The notes below the pieces were generated by a model. That model searched no databases. It had not been told where the DNA came from and saw nothing but the letters and a program-made list of their open reading frames with translations. A program made the position numbers and the translations under genes. Below, piece by piece: positions 7,280 to 15,681 of a stretch of 40,285 bases of DNA (positions are counted from its first letter, which is position 1; each line of letters begins with the position of its first letter). Source of the stretch: a bacterium UBP3_UBA3054 (lineage in GTDB: Bacteria; Auribacterota; UBA3054); contig DFCM01000137.1 in the NCBI GenBank assembly GCA_002366995.1, positions 1-40,285 of the forward strand, in the 5' to 3' direction.

Positions 7280-8484
7280 TCGTCGATCTCCGCGCTTCTC
7301 TTAAGGTACCACATGTCTCTGGCGAAGGAGTAGGGATCGCCGTTGTCTATGAGCATGCTGTCGATGGAATCGACCTGAAGGCTGATGTTGTTCATGACCA
7401 TGAAGGTCTTGACCATGCCGCCGAAGGGCAGATACGTCCTCGGGTCCATGGCCTCGTCAAATATCAAACCGACTGTGTCGCGGGCGGTCAAAGGACCGGC
7501 GATGGGCAGGAAGATATAGCAGCCGGGGCCGATGCCGTAATAGCCGAAGGTCTGCCCGGTGTCCTCGTCGTATTTTTCAAGATCGAACCAGGCTTTGGCG
7601 GGATCGAAAAGACCGCCGATGCCGACGGAAGTGTTGATGAGGAAGCGGGCGGTCTCGACGCCGGCTCCTTTGAATTTAGCCTGAGCGAGGTTGTTTATGA
7701 GTCTTTTGGGCCAGACGATGTTGTGGTCCATTTGCGAGATGCACTCTCTGGCCACGGTGGGAACGACGAACCGGTACCCTTTGCAGACCGGGCCGATAAA
7801 GTAGGTGTAAGCGTAGTCGTTGACGACGAACATGCAGCGGTTGAAGCGCTCGATGGGGTCGTCGACGAAAAGTTCGTCGGAAAGAAGCGGAGCGGAGTCG
7901 TCCGCGTCATAGTCGTGGGAGATCTGGCTGTAATCCATGTAGTCTACATAATCGCCGCCCACAACATTCTGCGGAGGGAGCTCAACAGTTTCCTGTTTGG
8001 GCGGCTTGGGAGGGTCCAGGTCCCGGAGCGTCACTTTCGGCAGAGCTTCAATAAGCTCCACCATATCCGGAGTGTCCAGCTTCGGTGGGTTGACCTTCAT
8101 GTAGACCTTGTGGTCCAGTTCCTTGTACGGCGTGTAGAAGACCACGTTCGTCGTATAGTTCGTAACGCTGACGTTGATGAAATAATCTTTCGTTTCGAAG
8201 CGCCTGACGCCGCCTGTGACCGTCACGGTCTCAATGGCCAGCTTGTAGTAGACGGAATCGGGAAGATTGGCGTCCACTCTTTCCCAGTTGGAACTGGAGT
8301 TCATGACAACGTTCGTAACGTAGCGCGCCACGCTCATGGTCTGCGTCTGCGCGGAGATCTGTCCGGGCGTAACAGTCTGCATCGTAACTTCGGCGTAAGC
8401 GAAAGCGCCGAAGAGGGCCGCGGCGGCCAAAAGCCCGAGGCGGAACCTTAGATCCTTTTTGTTTTCTCTCATTTTTATTCTCAA
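7276..8484 (-). CDS. mlaA: MlaA/VacJ-family protein with a roughly 200-aa N-terminal extension
   Basis: The C-terminal half reads IERFNRCMFVVNDYAYTYFIGPVCKGYRFVVP...INTSVGIGGLFDPAKAWFDLEKYDEDTGQTFGYYGIGPGCYIFLPIAGPLTARDTVG, typical of MlaA/VacJ. The signal peptide ends AFAYA with no lipobox Cys. Confidence 0.8.
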   Translation of the reverse strand: MRIKMRENKKDLRFRLGLLAAAALFGAFAYAEVTMQTVTPGQISAQTQTMSVARYVTNVVMNSSSNWERVDANLPDSVYYKLAIETVTVTGGVRRFETKDYFINVSVTNYTTNVVFYTPYKELDHKVYMKVNPPKLDTPDMVELIEALPKVTLRDLDPPKPPKQETVELPPQNVVGGDYVDYMDYSQISHDYDADDSAPLLSDELFVDDPIERFNRCMFVVNDYAYTYFIGPVCKGYRFVVPTVARECISQMDHNIVWPKRLINNLAQAKFKGAGVETARFLINTSVGIGGLFDPAKAWFDLEKYDEDTGQTFGYYGIGPGCYIFLPIAGPLTARDTVGLIFDEAMDPRTYLPFGGMVKTFMVMNNISLQVDSIDSMLIDNGDPYSFARDMWYLKRSAEIDE

Positions 8485-8550
8485 AATGGTGATAGATATC
8501 CAATTTAAGGGAAGGTTATATTAACAAAAAGGGCTTTTTTTTGCAAAAGA

Positions 8551-8576
8551 AAAGGCCGCCCGGGCGGGCGGCCTTT
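8551..8576 (-). terminator. Rho-independent terminator after the PEP-CTERM gene
   Basis: GC-rich hairpin AAAGGCCGCCCG/CGGGCGGCCTTT, followed on the minus strand by TCTTTTGC. It lies 24 nt past the stop at 8600. Confidence 0.7.
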
Positions 8577-8599
8577 CTTAACCGTTCTTTCAGACTCGC

Positions 8600-10300
8600 T
8601 TAGCGCCGCTTAATGGCGGCGAAGAGGCCGATGAGGGCCAGGATGCCGAGGAAAGCGGGCTCGGGCAGCGTGCCGGACTTGATCAGCTCGACCTTCAGGT
8701 TGTCGATGTAGTAGCCGTCGGAACCGGAGAAGGTGTAGTTGCGGAACTGCAGGAAGTTCTCGTTGTCGCCGGCGGCGCCGGGAACGTACTCGTTGTCAAA
8801 ATGGTAGGTCTCGCCGTCGAATTCAGCGTAGTGCAGAACAAAGGGGCGGGTCTCGTCGCTGGCAAGGCCGATGGTGAATGTGTAGGCCACGTTGAACCAC
8901 TGGCCGTAGGGGGCCAGATTGGGAACGTCGACGTTCTTGAAGGGTTCGCCGCCCAACTTGATGCCGCCTTCCGTGTGGCTCATGCTGACTTCGCCCATCC
9001 TGTGGCCGAGGTCGGTGCCGAAGACCAGGTACGGCGTGACACCTTCGGGATAGTACATATCCATGGAGACGCGGACGTCGTAGGTGGGATAGATAACGTC
9101 GGGCATGTTGACCGCGGTGTGGATTTGTCCGGCGCCCGTGATCTTCAGGCACTGGTTGTCGGGATCCTCGGGGTCGACCGCGATCGCATTGGCGGCGCCG
9201 GTCTCGCCCCAAGCGGGCTGGAGCTTGACATCGCCGCCCAGGGGCATTCTCTCGAAGTCGGTGGCGTAGAGCGCCCAGCCTAAGCCTTTGTTGCCGTTCT
9301 GAGCCACGACGGAATGCGTGAAGGATTTGTCTTCTTCGCCGTTATAATAGGAATAGGTGATGGTGGCCGCGGGCATGTTGCGGACTTGTTCGGGCAGATT
9401 GGCGGTAAGTCCGATGGAAACGGGTTCGCCGGGGGCGACTTCGACCTGCTTGGCGAATTCGCCGTCCATGGAGAGCCAGTTGTTGTCGGAATCGACCGTA
9501 ACGTCGACCGTGGCGCTGTTGCCGGTGGCGGAGATCACGGTTTCAAGGCCCAAAGTTTCGCCGAGCTTCACGACGCCAGGGGCTGTGGCGGTCACGTTGG
9601 CGGTGGGCGGAACGTCGACGAATTCGCATTTCAGATCATCGACGTAGAAGTGGCCCTGGCCGCCCCAAATGAAGAAGCGCAGACGACGGAATTTGTCGGG
9701 AGCCGTCTGGCTGCCGATGGGGATGTTCAGCCCGGTGTAGGTCTCGTCGCCGAAGGTGCATTCGCGGAGGAAGGCGCCGTTGGCGGTGGTGTTGATAGTG
9801 TAGCTGAAGTAGACCCATTCGTCGCGGGGCTCGGAATTGGCAACGGTGTACTGCGGAGAGCAGGCGGAGAAGCGGACGCCGAACTGACCGTCCTTCTTGA
9901 TGAAGTGGTTCTCGCCCAAGCCGTCGTTGCTGCCGAAGATGATGTCGCCGGTGTATTCGCCGGACTCGTCATACTTCTGCGTCGGGCGCTTGACCATCAT
10001 GGACACCTTGTAGTCGTACTTGGCCGACTGTCCGCCAGTGTTGTCGATGTTCCAGTGAATGCCGAACAGGCCGCTCGCGTTGACATGCAAACACTTGTCG
10101 CTGTCGTAGCCGCCTTCTTCGACGAGGGCGTTGCCGTCCGTGCCGGGGGTGCCGTAGGCGGTGGTCCAGCCGTTCTGGCCGATAACGTTCGTGCCGACCG
10201 CGTAGCCTTCGAAGTTATCTTCGACGATCGTGGTGGGGTCAGCCTGCGCCATGGCCGCGCAAAGCAGAAGCGCGGTGGTTAAAACTAGAGCTTTTTTCAT
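8600..10300 (-). CDS. Secreted PEP-CTERM-anchored protein with two lectin-like (ConA/LamG-like) modules
   Basis: Signal peptide MKKALVLTTALLLCAAMAQA and C-terminal TLPEPAFLGILALIGLFAAIKRR-stop, a classic PEP-CTERM. There is an internal duplication: EDNFEGYAVG...HFYVDDLKCEF and ATDFERMPLG...GYYIDNLKVEL. Confidence 0.85.
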   Translation of the reverse strand: MKKALVLTTALLLCAAMAQADPTTIVEDNFEGYAVGTNVIGQNGWTTAYGTPGTDGNALVEEGGYDSDKCLHVNASGLFGIHWNIDNTGGQSAKYDYKVSMMVKRPTQKYDESGEYTGDIIFGSNDGLGENHFIKKDGQFGVRFSACSPQYTVANSEPRDEWVYFSYTINTTANGAFLRECTFGDETYTGLNIPIGSQTAPDKFRRLRFFIWGGQGHFYVDDLKCEFVDVPPTANVTATAPGVVKLGETLGLETVISATGNSATVDVTVDSDNNWLSMDGEFAKQVEVAPGEPVSIGLTANLPEQVRNMPAATITYSYYNGEEDKSFTHSVVAQNGNKGLGWALYATDFERMPLGGDVKLQPAWGETGAANAIAVDPEDPDNQCLKITGAGQIHTAVNMPDVIYPTYDVRVSMDMYYPEGVTPYLVFGTDLGHRMGEVSMSHTEGGIKLGGEPFKNVDVPNLAPYGQWFNVAYTFTIGLASDETRPFVLHYAEFDGETYHFDNEYVPGAAGDNENFLQFRNYTFSGSDGYYIDNLKVELIKSGTLPEPAFLGILALIGLFAAIKRR

Positions 10301-10455
10301 TATGATGTTTCCCTTCCCTTGACAGGGGGTTGCGATTAATTAGGATCTTCGTTCATTTTGCTTTGGGAGATTCAGTTTATCACAGTGTTATCATTTTTGC
10401 AACTCGGCCTGTTTCTTTAGGGAAGGTCTCGGGGGAGAAAAAGGACGTTGGCTTT

Positions 10456-10464
10456 TGGTATAAT
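10456..10464 (+). promoter_or_regulatory. Extended -10 promoter element (TGGTATAAT) for the STAS/phosphatase/kinase operon
   Basis: TGnTATAAT at 10456-10464, AAGGAG Shine-Dalgarno at 10483-10488 and ATG at 10493. Confidence 0.45.
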
Positions 10465-10492
10465 TAGGTGAATCTTTTCACAAAGGAGCTTT

Positions 10493-10792
10493 ATGACTTA
10501 CGAGATCACCTCTCCTCCTCCGGATCTGACGGTCACCGTCCAGGGCCGCCTCGACACGCTTACCTCCCCCAAACTGGAAAGCGAACTGGAGCCGAGCATC
10601 GCCCAGGCCAAGAACCTTGTCTTGGATATGAACGGCGTGGATTATCTGTCCAGCGCCGGACTGCGTCTGCTTCTGACTCTGCAGAAACGCTTCAAAAAGG
10701 AAGGCGGCACCTTCAAGCTTCGCGGCATCCAGCCGGGCGTGATGGAGATCCTCCGCATGACGGGCTTTCTGAAGATCCTATCCATCGAATAA
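10493..10792 (+). CDS. STAS-domain anti-sigma-factor antagonist (SpoIIAA/RsbV-like)
   Basis: 99 aa with LVLDMNGVDYLSSAGLRLLLTLQKRFKKEGGTFKLRGIQPGVMEILRMTGF, including the phosphorylatable Ser motif DYLSSAGL. Confidence 0.85.
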   Translation: MTYEITSPPPDLTVTVQGRLDTLTSPKLESELEPSIAQAKNLVLDMNGVDYLSSAGLRLLLTLQKRFKKEGGTFKLRGIQPGVMEILRMTGFLKILSIE

Positions 10793-10802
10793 GCCTTTCT
10801 TT

Positions 10803-12665
10803 ATGCGCAGATCATTCCAATTGTGGCTTTTTGTTTCCGTGGCGCTCGCTTTCGCCGCGCTCTTTTATCTGACTTACTATCTTCAGACAAGGGAGGCTTT
10901 CGATTCCGCGGAAGCCATGATCGAGCTGAGGATGGAAGACGCCAAGAAACAGATATCCATAAACGAGAACAACCTTAAAGCCGTGCTTGACATCTGCAAC
11001 GCCTCGATGGCCAACGACATCAAGACCGTGGCTTATATCCTAGCCTGCGCGCCGGTCTTCGCCACCAACTCCTACAAGTTGGAAGAACTGCGCCGCGTCA
11101 TGGGCTACGACGAGATCCACGTCATCAACAAGCACGGGCTTATCGAGAACTGCGCTATCGATCCCGTCATTGGCAACGCCGAAACTTACATCGGCTTCAA
11201 CCTTAAGCTTCACGCCCAGTCCGAGCCCTTCGTCCACGGGATCGGCAAAAAAGATTTCGTGCTGGTCCAGCCGCCCCTCCCCAGGGGAATGGACCGCAAG
11301 CTCTTCCAGTACGGCGGCGCTTCCAGACTCGATGACGAAGGCATCGTGCAGCTGGGCATCTCCGTCAGCTTCCTGGAAAGGGCGATGGAGAACAACTCCC
11401 TGGCGACTTTGTCCCCCGGATTGCGCATCGGCGTCGGCGGCGAGATATTGATAGTGCGCGGCGAAAAGATCGTCGGTGCCGCCAGAGTCGATCTTGAAGG
11501 CCGCACGTTAACTTCCGTGGGCTTCGACCCCAAGCTCATCTCCGAGCTCCATCAGGGCGAAGGCTCTTTTTCCGCCGAGATAGACGGCGTGGATTTCTTC
11601 GGTTTGTATGTTCAGAGCGGCGACCTTACGCTCCTCGGCGTCATGCCGAATTACGAAATTACGAAGAAAAGGAACAGCATCGCCATTCAGCTTGTCATTT
11701 CCGCCCTGGTCTTGATGCTGGTCGTCTTCCTCTCCGTGTCGAAGCTCGTCCAGGTCATAGTGATCGACGGCATCGACCGCATCAACGCCTCGCTTGGGCG
11801 CATCACGGCCGGACACCTCGACGAGAAAGTTACGGAAAACCGCTCCAAGGAATTTGAGGAGCTTTCCGGCGGCATCAACACGACGGTGGAAGCCCTGAAG
11901 GGCGCCATCGCCGCTGAGAAGACAAGGCTGAACAGCGAACTGGAGTTCGCCAGAGCCGTCCAGGTCTCCGCGCTGCCCCAGATCCACGACGACCCGAGGT
12001 TCGAGATCTACGCCTCCATGGAAGCCGCGAAGGAAGTCGGCGGCGACTTCTACGACTTCTTCATCGTTGACGAGTCGCACCTCGCCTTCCTTATCGCCGA
12101 CGTTTCCGGCAAAGGCATCCCGGCCGCCATGTTCATGATGAACGCCAAGGCGCAGCTGAAATCGAACATTCTGAACAATCCCCAGAAGCCGCTGAGCGAA
12201 GTGATCTATGAGGTCAACAACAGCATCTGCGAAGGCAACGACGCCTGCATGTTCGTGACCGTCTTCGTCGGAGTTTTGGATCTGAGGACCGGGCTCATGA
12301 ACTACGTCAACGCCGGCCACAACGCGCCCATATTGAGGCGCGCCAACGGCGACGCCTCCTGGCTGCCCGTTGAGAACGGCTTCGTGATAGGCGGCATGGA
12401 CAGCGTCGACTACATCCAGGAATCCATCACCTTGTCTTCCGGCGACGGCATACTCCTTTATACCGACGGCGTGACGGAGGCTATGAACCGCCAGCTCGCC
12501 CTCTACGGGGACGACAGGCTGATAAACCTCATGGACGGCCCCATTATGCGCTCCGCGCCGGCTGACTGCATTCTTTGCGAACTGAAGAGCGACGTTCTGG
12601 CCTATGCCGACGGCGCCCCGCAATCCGACGATATAACTATGCTCTTCCTGCATTATTTGGGATAA
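10803..12665 (+). CDS. Membrane sensor PP2C/SpoIIE-family phosphatase (RsbU-like): TM, periplasmic sensor domain, TM, HAMP, PP2C
   Basis: TM1 is WLFVSVALAFAALFYLTYYL and TM2 is IAIQLVISALVLMLVVFLSV, with about 270 aa between them. A HAMP-like segment (INASLGRITAGHLDEKV...EFEELSGGINTTVEAL) is followed by SpoIIE motifs (EVGGDFYDFF, LIADVSGKGIPAAMFM, LLYTDGVTEA, SDDITML). Confidence 0.85.
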   Translation: MRRSFQLWLFVSVALAFAALFYLTYYLQTREAFDSAEAMIELRMEDAKKQISINENNLKAVLDICNASMANDIKTVAYILACAPVFATNSYKLEELRRVMGYDEIHVINKHGLIENCAIDPVIGNAETYIGFNLKLHAQSEPFVHGIGKKDFVLVQPPLPRGMDRKLFQYGGASRLDDEGIVQLGISVSFLERAMENNSLATLSPGLRIGVGGEILIVRGEKIVGAARVDLEGRTLTSVGFDPKLISELHQGEGSFSAEIDGVDFFGLYVQSGDLTLLGVMPNYEITKKRNSIAIQLVISALVLMLVVFLSVSKLVQVIVIDGIDRINASLGRITAGHLDEKVTENRSKEFEELSGGINTTVEALKGAIAAEKTRLNSELEFARAVQVSALPQIHDDPRFEIYASMEAAKEVGGDFYDFFIVDESHLAFLIADVSGKGIPAAMFMMNAKAQLKSNILNNPQKPLSEVIYEVNNSICEGNDACMFVTVFVGVLDLRTGLMNYVNAGHNAPILRRANGDASWLPVENGFVIGGMDSVDYIQESITLSSGDGILLYTDGVTEAMNRQLALYGDDRLINLMDGPIMRSAPADCILCELKSDVLAYADGAPQSDDITMLFLHYLG

Positions 12666-12680
12666 ACAAGGAAACGACCT

Positions 12681-13091
12681 ATGAACGTAGCTGTAACTCT
12701 GCAATTCTCGGCTGAAACCAAGAACCTCCCCAATGTTCTGGAACAACTGGACACCCAGCTTCTTGCCGCGGGCTGTCCGGAGGACGCCAGGATGCAGCTG
12801 GCCGTGGCGGTGGAGGAGATCTTCGTCAACATCGCCAACTACGCCTACGAAGGCAAGCTGGGCTCCGCTACCATAAACATCAAGGCCGACGCCCACAAGG
12901 CTACCGTTTCTTTCGCCGACAGCGGCTTCCCCTACGATCCCCTGAAGAAGGAAGACCCCAACATCGAGCAGGCCGCGGAGGATCGTCCGATAGGAGGACT
13001 CGGCATCTTCCTTGTCAAGGAAATGTGCGACGAGGTCCATTACGAGCGCCGCGGCGACATGAACATTTTGACCATCGTCAAAAAATACTGA
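12681..13091 (+). CDS. Anti-sigma regulatory factor, GHKL Ser/Thr kinase (RsbW/SpoIIAB-like)
   Basis: 136 aa with N-box-like AVEEIFVNIANYAY and G-box-like GGLGIFLVKEMCDEV. It completes an antagonist/phosphatase/kinase partner-switching set. Confidence 0.8.
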   Translation: MNVAVTLQFSAETKNLPNVLEQLDTQLLAAGCPEDARMQLAVAVEEIFVNIANYAYEGKLGSATINIKADAHKATVSFADSGFPYDPLKKEDPNIEQAAEDRPIGGLGIFLVKEMCDEVHYERRGDMNILTIVKKY

Positions 13092-13094
13092 CCG

Positions 13095-14069
13095 TCATTC
13101 CACTTCGCGGAATTCTCCTTTTCCGTGGGACGCCACTCTTTTTAAAAAGGCGCAGCCCCTCTCCGCTTTTTCCCTTCTCTTTACGCTCCCGTCCCTGGCC
13201 GGCCTGTAGGCGATAGCGTTTATCTGCGTCGCTTTTTCCCTTCTGCTTTCGTCGATCAGGGCCATTATCCTTCTTTCGTGGACGATTTCGTCCTCTCCCT
13301 GCAGGTACGGCGGGTCATCGCTTATCAACACGACCGCGTCGGGCTTGAGGGAGAGCGCGAACTCCAGGGCTTTTATGGGCGTTGAGCCGCTGGTGTCGGG
13401 GTCGTTGCCGCGGTTGACTTTCATTTCCTTGGCAAGCCAGGAGGAGAGTTCCCTTTTGGCGCTTTTGGTGGCGAAGCAGAGGTTCGTCCGGAAAGGGAAC
13501 TTCCCGTCCGTAAAGAGCACGACGTTAAAGAGCGTGTCGGGATGGAACAGCTCCACGGTCTTCTCGGCCTCTTTCCTCACCGCCTCGAAAACGCCCTTCT
13601 GGACGATCGAGGAGGAGGAGTCCACCAGAATGACGATCGACCGCGCGGCGATCCGTTGTCCCAGGAATTCTATCTCGCCCCAGCCGTCGCCGCCCTTGGG
13701 CGCCTTGCCGAGCCCCGCGTCCCCCAGGGAAAAACTCATGTTGTCGCTGAGGGAGAGCCCTTCGCTTTCCCTCTTTACGTTGGGCTTGACCATTTCCGGT
13801 TCCGGCAGCGTCAGACTGCTCGTGTCACACTTGGCCGAGACGCGCATGTTTTTAGCCATGCTCTGCCCGTATGATGCCGCCTTCTTGCACTGCAGCCTGT
13901 GCTTCAGTTCCCTAGCCTTCAGTTTCGGCCCGGCCGCGCTCGCCGTGAAGAGCGGTTTCGGCGGCTTTACCGCCCGGTAGACTACTATCCCTCCCGCCAC
14001 GAGAAAGAGAGCAATATGGATGCCTACGCTCACGATTAGGCTGCCGTAGCGTGAAAAGTCAATCTTCAT
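13095..14069 (-). CDS. TonB/TolA-like membrane anchor fused to a periplasmic von Willebrand factor A (MIDAS) domain
   Basis: The N-terminus SLIVSVGIHIALFLVAGGIVVY carries the Ser-x3-His signature (compare E. coli TonB SVCIH), followed by KPPKP. The vWA domain has VILVDSSSS (DxSxS), GSTPIKALEFAL and AVVLISDDPP. The gene sits in the tonB position after exbB-exbD-exbD and overlaps the upstream gene by 11 nt. Confidence 0.7.
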   Translation of the reverse strand: MKIDFSRYGSLIVSVGIHIALFLVAGGIVVYRAVKPPKPLFTASAAGPKLKARELKHRLQCKKAASYGQSMAKNMRVSAKCDTSSLTLPEPEMVKPNVKRESEGLSLSDNMSFSLGDAGLGKAPKGGDGWGEIEFLGQRIAARSIVILVDSSSSIVQKGVFEAVRKEAEKTVELFHPDTLFNVVLFTDGKFPFRTNLCFATKSAKRELSSWLAKEMKVNRGNDPDTSGSTPIKALEFALSLKPDAVVLISDDPPYLQGEDEIVHERRIMALIDESRREKATQINAIAYRPARDGSVKRREKAERGCAFLKRVASHGKGEFREVE

Positions 14070-14502
14070 CTTCCCCGCAGCTGAAAGTTACGTTCGTCAG
14101 CCCCGCCTTGTGGCAGCAGTCCAAGACAAGCGCGATCCTCTCGTGGAGCGCTTCGTCATCGGCGGAGACCGAGACCAGGGCCGGGATCCTAGCGCCCCGG
14201 GAAGCCGCTTGGAAGCGCAGCAAGGTCTCTGTGAGCTCGGCGAGGTCCCGGCTTTTGGCCCTAACGAAGGTCTGCCCGTTCAGAACGACCGCTCCTTCTG
14301 GGTCGATCTCTATGACCTGCTCGTCCGGCATGACGACCGCTTCCGTCTCACGGCCTTCCCCAGGCAGGGAAAAACCCAGGTCCCCTTCCGTCTTGTTCAA
14401 AGAGCAGGCGGACATAAAATAGATCAAAAGCAGAAAGGTGCAGTCTATCATGGAGGAGATGGGAAAGCTGATCTTCCCCGTTTCTTTTTTCGCTCTTCTC
14501 AT
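14059..14502 (-). CDS. exbD: ExbD/TolR-family protein (paralog 2)
   Basis: MRRAKKETGKISFPISSMIDCTFLLLIYFM, a typical ExbD N-terminus with TM, then a periplasmic domain. The start shares 1 nt with the upstream stop (TGATG at 14500-14504). Confidence 0.85.
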   Translation of the reverse strand: MRRAKKETGKISFPISSMIDCTFLLLIYFMSACSLNKTEGDLGFSLPGEGRETEAVVMPDEQVIEIDPEGAVVLNGQTFVRAKSRDLAELTETLLRFQAASRGARIPALVSVSADDEALHERIALVLDCCHKAGLTNVTFSCGEDED

Positions 14503-14912
14503 CAGCTCTCCTCGTAAACGGAAAAGATTATTTTCGCGAGTCCCGCTTCGCCGCAGAGCTTCACAAATCTTTTCGTTACCGCGCTCTTCGCTCTTCTGTC
14601 GATCCTTAGGAGCACCGTGCCCTTGGGCGTCGCGCGCGCGAAAGTTTCCAACTCCTTCTTCGCTTCCTCAACGTCGACTTTCCTCCCGTTGATGAGGCAG
14701 CTCTCGTCACTAAGGATCGTCAGTGCGCAGAAGGCTTCCTCGCCTTCCCTCTTCCCGAAATTCTTGACTTCCGGCAGCTCCAGCTCTTCCGGAGTAGAAA
14801 GATTTTGCATGGTAGCGCTGCACATGAAGAAGATGAGAAGCAGAAAGACCATGTCGATCATGGGCGCCATGTCCAGCTCACACTCCGCTTTCTTTTTCCT
14901 TTGCCGCAGCAC
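14502..14912 (-). CDS. exbD: ExbD/TolR-family protein (paralog 1)
   Basis: MLRQRKKKAECELDMAPMIDMVFLLLIFFM. The gene overlaps the exbB 3' end by 35 nt. Confidence 0.85.
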   Translation of the reverse strand: MLRQRKKKAECELDMAPMIDMVFLLLIFFMCSATMQNLSTPEELELPEVKNFGKREGEEAFCALTILSDESCLINGRKVDVEEAKKELETFARATPKGTVLLRIDRRAKSAVTKRFVKLCGEAGLAKIIFSVYEES

Positions 14913-15681
14913 TTCTTCTCCTTTTCGGTTTCTCTTTTTCCTCCTCTTCCTCCAGGCCCAGCCTTATCCTAACTTTCTCCCTGGCCAGCCCGGATCCCGC
15001 GTAAACGTCCAAGAGTTCCGTCGCCTTGGAAAGCAGCTCCCTTTCCCTGATGTCGAAGCGGCTCTTCAGAACGAAGAAAAAGACCATGGCCGGGATGCCG
15101 ACGACCAACCCGGCGGCAGTCGTAAGCAGCGCCTCGCCGATGTCGCCCGCCAGCAGTTCCGGCTTTCCCATGCCGCCCAAGCCGATCTTGGAAAAGGCTT
15201 TTATCATGCCGCTTACCGTTCCCAACAACCCCAGCATCGGGGAGAGCGCGGCGATCGTCGAGAGCAGGTTGAACCAGAACTGCATCACGATGCTTTTTCC
15301 CTCCCACTTTTCGATTATCGCCTCCTCCGCCTGTTGCCGCTCCTCCTTGTCGAGAGGATACTTCAGCTTCTCTACTCCCGGTGTCAAAACGAGCGCCAGA
15401 ACGCTTTTTCCGATCGCCAAAAGGTCCAGCGCCGCCTTCAGATCGCGCCTGTAAAGCGCCTCTTCCAGGCGCTCCGGAAGCCCTTTGGGAATAAACTTTC
15501 CTTTGCGCGTCTCGAAGAAACTGTAGACGGTAAGCCAAACTACCACGCAGGAACAGAGCGCCAGAGGGTACATGAGAGGCCCTCCCGTCTTGAAAAGCCC
15601 CAAAGCGGTGGTGGATAAAGACTCCTCTTCCCCGAAAGCGGAAAGGGAGAAAAAAGCAAGTAAAACAAGCAAAACTCTCAC
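14878..15681 (-). CDS. exbB: MotA/TolQ/ExbB-family proton channel subunit
   Basis: SPMLGLLGTVSGMIKAF and IGEALLTTAAGLVVGIPAMVFF motifs, an N-terminal signal-like segment, and a GTG start overlapping the upstream TGA (15678-15681). Confidence 0.9.
   Translation of the reverse strand: MRVLLVLLAFFSLSAFGEEESLSTTALGLFKTGGPLMYPLALCSCVVVWLTVYSFFETRKGKFIPKGLPERLEEALYRRDLKAALDLLAIGKSVLALVLTPGVEKLKYPLDKEERQQAEEAIIEKWEGKSIVMQFWFNLLSTIAALSPMLGLLGTVSGMIKAFSKIGLGGMGKPELLAGDIGEALLTTAAGLVVGIPAMVFFFVLKSRFDIRERELLSKATELLDVYAGSGLAREKVRIRLGLEEEEEKEKPKRRRSAAAKEKESGV

Noticed and set aside
5906-8451. Long plus-strand ORFs (5906-7261 of 451 aa; 7267-8451 of 394 aa)
   Set aside because: They lie antisense to the well-supported hydrolase and MlaA genes. 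Their composition (V/G/D/A/R-rich) and lack of motifs indicate shadow ORFs.
11508-13040. 510-aa minus-strand ORF
   Set aside because: It lies antisense to the SpoIIE phosphatase and RsbW-like kinase, which carry clear family motifs. It is a shadow ORF.
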